From Promethearchaeota archaeon (GTDB lineage: Archaea > Asgardarchaeota > Lokiarchaeia > Sigyniarchaeales > SOKP01): a stretch of 64,000 nt of DNA. The stretch's first letter is position 1, and each line of letters opens with the position of its first letter. A model generated the notes under the pieces. It worked only from the letters and a program-made list of their open reading frames with translations. It was not told where the DNA came from and did no database searches. Of the stretch, positions 58,703-64,000 are shown piece by piece. Made by a program: the position numbers and the translations under genes. The stretch lies in the NCBI GenBank assembly GCA_048937405.1, contig JBHLNF010000001.1, positions 688,785 to 752,784 on the forward strand, read 5' to 3'.

Positions 58703-60187
58703 TTATGAGATTAATTTCTCAATAAGTTCGTCTCTTTGAAGTTCAGCGTTTCTTATTTTTTCTATTCTGTTTAAAAACGATGTGTACAATGAATCTTTTC
58801 TTGTACTTAAATTATTAATATTAAGTTTGATCTCTTTTCCAGATGGAGAACCTTGACTAATTCTTCTTTCTAAACAAAGATCTAAATTCTTTAATGTTTG
58901 AATTATTTTATCTGATATATTTACTTCCTTCTTTATCACATCAAAAATCGATTTCTCAATTTTTTCTCTATTTAGCATATCTTCTGGCTTTTCTATATTA
59001 TTTACTAAACGAGCAACAACTTCATGTGATTGTCTAAAAGGAATTTTATAATCTTGTACTAACAGTTCTGCTAAATCCAATGCTAGAATATAACTCTCAC
59101 CAATAGCACTTCTCATTTTCTCTTTATTAATCGATATTGTTGAAAATATACCTTTAAACATAGTAATTACGGAAAGTATCGTATTAATCGAACTTATTAA
59201 TTTTTTCTTTATATCCTGAAAATCCATAAAATAGCCTGTTGGAATTGCTTTAATAATCATTGCTGCATTAAACAGGTTTGAAACAACTTTTGTACTTCTA
59301 CTTCTTATTAATTCTACAGTATCTGGATTTTTTTTTTGCGGCATAACACTTGAAACAGAACAATATTCATCTGCTAATTCTATAAAGTTAAATTCTTTAG
59401 TTGCCCATATTATTAAATCTTCGGCAATTCTCGAAAATTGAATAGCCAGTAAAGATAGTCCCATTAATGTTTCATAAAGATAATCTTTTGAACTAATCGC
59501 ATCAATAGAATTATAAATTATTCCATCAAAACCTAATAATTCTGCCGTTCTTTCTCTATTAATATTAATACTTGTTCCACCTATAGCACATGCTCCTAAG
59601 GGATTTTTATTAATTCTATTATAAATCTCTTCTAATCTTTCTAGAGATCTTAAAATTTGTGCAATGTAATTATTTATATAATGAGAAAAAGTCCCTAATT
59701 GACCTCTCTGTAAATGAGTATATAATGGCATATATGAATTTATGTTATTTTTAGAAATATTTAGCAAAATATCAACAAGAGCGAATAATTCTTCGGAAAT
59801 CTTGTTTAATTCTTTCCTGATTTTTAATCTTAAATCAAGTGATACTTGATCATTTCTAGATCTGCCAGTATGAATTTTACCCCCTATTTCAATCCCAATT
59901 GCATCTATAACACTTTTTTCTATAAATGGATGTATATCTTCAAAACTCTCATCAATTTCAATCTGATTATTCTTTAACTTTTTCATTATATCTTCAAGGA
60001 CAATTAAGATTTTCCTTATTTCACTTTCGTCAAGGATTTTTTGTTCAAATAGCATAATAGTATGAACTTGAGTACCAATAATATCTTCTTCAGCAATCCA
60101 AAAGTCTTCCTTTAAAGATGAGATAAACTTAAGTGCATTGTCGTTAAGAGGGATATCCAATCCTGTCCTATATAAATTTTTTCTCAT
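58703..60187 (-). CDS. argH: Argininosuccinate lyase
   Basis: EDIH, HTGRSRNDQ, YTHLQ, SSVMPQKKNPD, PFRQSH. Confidence 0.95.
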   Translation of the reverse strand: MRKNLYRTGLDIPLNDNALKFISSLKEDFWIAEEDIIGTQVHTIMLFEQKILDESEIRKILIVLEDIMKKLKNNQIEIDESFEDIHPFIEKSVIDAIGIEIGGKIHTGRSRNDQVSLDLRLKIRKELNKISEELFALVDILLNISKNNINSYMPLYTHLQRGQLGTFSHYINNYIAQILRSLERLEEIYNRINKNPLGACAIGGTSININRERTAELLGFDGIIYNSIDAISSKDYLYETLMGLSLLAIQFSRIAEDLIIWATKEFNFIELADEYCSVSSVMPQKKNPDTVELIRSRSTKVVSNLFNAAMIIKAIPTGYFMDFQDIKKKLISSINTILSVITMFKGIFSTISINKEKMRSAIGESYILALDLAELLVQDYKIPFRQSHEVVARLVNNIEKPEDMLNREKIEKSIFDVIKKEVNISDKIIQTLKNLDLCLERRISQGSPSGKEIKLNINNLSTRKDSLYTSFLNRIEKIRNAELQRDELIEKLIS

Positions 60188-60347
60188 TTTAGATCTCTAA
60201 AATTTTATATTAAATTATTAAAATACGGTTAGATGTTAAAATTTTTTCCCTAAAAAAGATAAATGATACATTCAATTAAAATAAAAAATTCTATAACATG
60301 ATACCTAACATATCTTAAACTTATCATTTGAAATAAATTTCTTAATT

Positions 60348-61187
60348 ATGAAGACAAAAGTATATATACTTAAAAAAAAATCCGAAGAAACCACTCAGGT
60401 GGCAGTGGTACGTATCCTTAAAATGATTCCTTTAAAAAGAATCATCTCATCCTCAGAAACAAAAATCTTAATAAATCCCAATTGGGTAATTTCTGATCAT
60501 TACAATACAGGAAATATAACATCTACAGAAACGTTAGAAGGGATTGTTATATATCTCATTCAAGAAGTAAAAATAAGTCCTGAAAAAATTATTGTTGCTG
60601 ATGGAGGATCGTTCGGTTTAACTGAGAAATTTTTCAAATTAAATGATATTTTTCATTTAAAAAATTATGGAATTGAAATTATGAATTTAAATGATGATGA
60701 AATTGTGAAAGAAGTTAAAGTACCTAACTCATTGTCATTAAAAACTGTAAATCTAGCAAAAACAGCGTTAGAATCAAGTTGCATAATCTCTGTTCCTTCT
60801 TTAAAAACACATAATTTAGCAACAACAACATTAAGTATGAAGAATATGATGGGAACAATTATGCCTAAAAGTATTATGCATTCAAATATCCATAAAAAAA
60901 TTGCAGATTTAACTTCTGTATTGCGATCCAAAATGAAATTTCAAATTATTGATGGCATAGTTGGTTCAAATGGATCAGAATTAGGAGGCAAGCCCATTCA
61001 AATGGACGTGATTATTGCTGGAGAAGACCCCGTAGCCGTTGATAGGGTTGGAAGTGCAGTCATAGGATTTGGGCTAGATAAAGTAAAATATTTGAAATTT
61101 GGAGAACAAAAAGGACTTGGCACAGCAAACCTAAATGAAATTGAAATAGTAGGTAATTCAATAAACGAAGTATTTCACAAATTTTAA
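60348..61187 (+). CDS. DUF362-family protein
   Basis: LINPN, SVPSLKTH, TLSMKNMMG, IIDG, DPVAVD. Confidence 0.85.
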   Translation: MKTKVYILKKKSEETTQVAVVRILKMIPLKRIISSSETKILINPNWVISDHYNTGNITSTETLEGIVIYLIQEVKISPEKIIVADGGSFGLTEKFFKLNDIFHLKNYGIEIMNLNDDEIVKEVKVPNSLSLKTVNLAKTALESSCIISVPSLKTHNLATTTLSMKNMMGTIMPKSIMHSNIHKKIADLTSVLRSKMKFQIIDGIVGSNGSELGGKPIQMDVIIAGEDPVAVDRVGSAVIGFGLDKVKYLKFGEQKGLGTANLNEIEIVGNSINEVFHKF

Positions 61188-61277
61188 ATTAATTTTAACC
61201 TGACCTTCTAGTTCTTATATGATATTATTTTAGTTTTATGAAATATTATAGAAATTTAGTTAATTATTAGAATAATC

Positions 61278-62333
61278 TTGATAAAATTGAGGATTGTAGA
61301 TTTACGTTCTGATACTGTTACAAAACCATCTCCTGAAATGTGGGAAGCATTACGATCACTTAATAATTCAAATTTAGGAGATGATGTTGAAGGAGAAGAT
61401 CCAACTGTAAATGAATTAGAAAAAAAAGCTGCTAAAATAATAGGAAAGGAAGCCGCATTATTAGTAACTTCCGGTACTCAAGGAAATCTTATTTCCTTGT
61501 TATCTCAGACTCAACCAGGAGATCAAATTATGGTGGAAGAACTTAGCCATATTTTTGGACATGAAGTTGGAAGTGCCGCTAGAATTGGAGGACTTCTTGT
61601 TTATGCTTTTCCTTCTAACAAGGGTATACCAGATTTAGTTAAACTCCAAGAAATGGTCACTAATCGAGAAGATATCCATGAAGCTCCTACAAGGTTACTC
61701 TGTGCTGAAAACACTCATAATTTTCATGGTGGTGTTATAATTTATCCAGATGAATTACTTAAAATGAGGGAGTTTGCTATTAAAAATGATTTAAAAATTC
61801 ATCTTGACGGTGCTAGAATTTTTAATGCTTCTGTAGGTGCTAATAAACCAGTTACAAGTTTCACTAAACATGTCGATAGTGTTATGTTTTGTTTATCAAA
61901 AGGTCTTTCATGTCCTATTGGCTCCATTGTTGCTGGTTCTTATGACTTTATTAGAAAAGCTAGAAAATTTCGTAAAATTTTAGGAGGTGCTATGCGACAA
62001 GCTGGAATTATTGCATCATTTGGCTTGGTCGCTCTAGAAACAAAGTGGATAAATCGTTTAGTCGAAGATCATAAAAATGCTAAAATGCTGGCAGAAGGAA
62101 TGAAAGGATATAATTTACCTATTGAAGTTCAAATTCCAGAGACAAATATTTTTTGGGTTAAGTTCCCAGAAAACGCTCCTATGGAAAAACTTATGGATAA
62201 TCTTTATGAAAATGGAATTAAAGTATTCAGTTTTAACTTTAAAATTCGATTTGTTACACATTATGGAATAAATGAGGATGATATTCAATTTAGTATAGAC
62301 ATTATTGAAAAAGTATTAAAGAAGTATTTATAG
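61278..62333 (+). CDS. ltaE: Low-specificity L-threonine aldolase
   Basis: DLRSDTVTKP, GDD..GEDPTV, SGTQGN, ENTHN, HLDGARIFNA, CLSKGL. Confidence 0.92.
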   Translation: MIKLRIVDLRSDTVTKPSPEMWEALRSLNNSNLGDDVEGEDPTVNELEKKAAKIIGKEAALLVTSGTQGNLISLLSQTQPGDQIMVEELSHIFGHEVGSAARIGGLLVYAFPSNKGIPDLVKLQEMVTNREDIHEAPTRLLCAENTHNFHGGVIIYPDELLKMREFAIKNDLKIHLDGARIFNASVGANKPVTSFTKHVDSVMFCLSKGLSCPIGSIVAGSYDFIRKARKFRKILGGAMRQAGIIASFGLVALETKWINRLVEDHKNAKMLAEGMKGYNLPIEVQIPETNIFWVKFPENAPMEKLMDNLYENGIKVFSFNFKIRFVTHYGINEDDIQFSIDIIEKVLKKYL

Positions 62334-62370
62334 CTCCTACTCTAAAAAAAAAATTAAAAAAAATATTCTA

Positions 62371-62901
62371 TTAATCTTTACGTGACTTTAGATCACTTGC
62401 ATCATTTTCAATCAAATCATAATATTCAATATCATTTAAATTTCCACTAAGATTTTCATTCCAATGAACCTTTACAGGCATACCAATATATGTATCTTTA
62501 AATTCAACATCAGGATTTAATTCAATCATGAATGTAGTATCTGCTCCATCTTGACGGATTAGAACCATTGGTTTTTCTTTTACTTCATCTGTTTCAGGAT
62601 CTTTTAAATAAGCTATAGCAAAGGTAGAGACTTCTCCAGTCTCTCTTAAATCAACCCATTGATCAGGTTTCATTAAACATTTGCCACAAATAGATTTAGG
62701 TGGAAAAAATACTCTATTACATCCTGAACATTTTAAACCTACTAATTTCTTTTCTTTTAATTTATTCAAAAATGGTTGTAAGTGTGTAATATCAAACTTA
62801 AATTTATAATTTGATATATACCAACTACCTGGCATTCTTCTCGTCTCGACATAATCTTTTTTAATATAATCCAAAGATTTTCTTTGTGTTCGTTTTGACA
62901 T
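62371..62901 (-). CDS. Zn-ribbon/OB-fold protein (DUF35/ChsH2-like thiolase partner)
   Basis: KCSGC...FPP...CGKC, GEVSTF, IGMPV; directly downstream of the thiolase-family gene. Confidence 0.85.
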   Translation of the reverse strand: MSKRTQRKSLDYIKKDYVETRRMPGSWYISNYKFKFDITHLQPFLNKLKEKKLVGLKCSGCNRVFFPPKSICGKCLMKPDQWVDLRETGEVSTFAIAYLKDPETDEVKEKPMVLIRQDGADTTFMIELNPDVEFKDTYIGMPVKVHWNENLSGNLNDIEYYDLIENDASDLKSRKD

Positions 62902-62907
62902 TTCAAC

Positions 62908-64000
62908 TCACCTCCATTTCCTTTGCGGTTCATCTGACATAACAAACATTGTACATAAATTAAGAATTCCACCCCATCCATGACCAATTGCTGTATGAAC
63001 TGTTTTTGGAACTTGGTTACTTGCTTTACCCATTATTTGGAGTGCTGCTTCAGCAGGTCTTTCTAAAGCGGAGGCGCCTATCGCATTTGTTGAATTTACT
63101 CCTCCAGAACAACAAATTGGCAATTCACCATTTAATGAGGTCACACCATTCTCATACATTTCTGGTGCTGTAGTTTCTTCAAATAAACCTAATTTTTCAA
63201 CCCACATGAGTTCTTGGTTAGGAAATGGAGAATAAACTTCTGCGTAATCAATTTCTTTCCTTGGAAAAGAAATTCCTGCTTGGTTATATGCTAATTCAGA
63301 TGATTTCATTGCTTCAAATTGTTCAGAAGGATCTATTTGACCTGAACCACCACCAGAAATCCCTAAAATCGCTGTTTCATGTGCTATACTAGCTACACCA
63401 TTTACATATACTGGAATATCACACAATTCTTTAGCTTCTTCTTCAGTAGTAAACAAAACAGCACATGCACCATCTGATGCTGGACATACCATGCCATATC
63501 GTAAAGGATATGAAATGTAAGGTGTATCTAAGACTTCCTCAATTGTAAGATCAGGCATCTTAAGGTGTGCCCACCATGTTTTTGCAGCATTTCTTCTATT
63601 TTGTACAACCACTCTTGCTAAATCTTCTTCTGTTATTTTAGATTTATTCATATAATTGGTTGCTTGATATGAAGCCACTCCAATTGCAGCTCCTGCTGAT
63701 AGAATACGGCTTATTCGTTCATATGGCATACCCAATGAGTTAATACAAGTAATTTCACCATATGCTACACTAGCTAATCCTGTAGCAGTATCACCTTGAC
63801 TTTGTTGTTCAAAGCCTATAGCGAGAACCATATCCATACCTGGAAGACCCGCAGCTACAGAATAATAACCTGCAATTCCAACAGTACCACCTGTTGTACC
63901 ACCTGTAGTAACACGTATTAATGGTTTATGTTTAGCACCTAACCAATCTGTCATCCAAAGCTCAGGAATGTTTGCCCCCTCGAAAGCAGGCATATTACCT
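62908..64000 (-). CDS. Thiolase-superfamily protein (SCP2/Ltp2-type; 5' end probably outside the window)
   Basis: CPASDGACA, AEVYSPF, GELPICCSGG, HGWGG. Confidence 0.85.
   Translation of the reverse strand, partial: GNMPAFEGANIPELWMTDWLGAKHKPLIRVTTGGTTGGTVGIAGYYSVAAGLPGMDMVLAIGFEQQSQGDTATGLASVAYGEITCINSLGMPYERISRILSAGAAIGVASYQATNYMNKSKITEEDLARVVVQNRRNAAKTWWAHLKMPDLTIEEVLDTPYISYPLRYGMVCPASDGACAVLFTTEEEAKELCDIPVYVNGVASIAHETAILGISGGGSGQIDPSEQFEAMKSSELAYNQAGISFPRKEIDYAEVYSPFPNQELMWVEKLGLFEETTAPEMYENGVTSLNGELPICCSGGVNSTNAIGASALERPAEAALQIMGKASNQVPKTVHTAIGHGWGGILNLCTMFVMSDEPQRKWR

Noticed and set aside
1-64000. CRISPR arrays, IS/transposases, integrase at the tRNA, rRNA, in-frame UGA selenoproteins
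   Set aside because: None recognised by eye: no spaced repeats, transposase/integrase motifs or UGA-split conserved genes. A weak signal could have been missed.

Overview
AT-rich archaeal chromosome segment, most likely Asgard (Lokiarchaeia-like). The evidence is longin/roadblock-type proteins, a Rab-like GTPase, IPG-TM-basic (Loki-CTERM-like) sorting tails, a PolB1-type polymerase, Alba, Wood-Ljungdahl cdhB/cdhC and a tetraether-synthase-like radical SAM protein. It carries an intron-containing tRNA-Thr(UGU), a his operon and an argH + argJBDCG cluster. Three things stand out. (1) Both amino-acid operons are preceded by unannotated cognate-codon-rich leader ORFs: ...LHHWLHHE* before his, and ...SARRRL* with CGN codons before argJ. 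Each is followed by alternative RNA hairpins, which suggests ribosome-mediated attenuation in an Asgard archaeon. (2) Two tandem soluble LRR-TIR-coiled-coil proteins keep the TIR catalytic Glu and lie next to an Sm-like gene and an orphan m6A methyltransferase, a candidate innate-immune module. (3) A co-oriented cluster encodes a Rab-like GTPase, two 7TM-longin fusions, a 7TM-only protein and a free longin, a candidate receptor-GEF-GTPase signalling module. All calls come from reading motifs by eye; no database searches were run.
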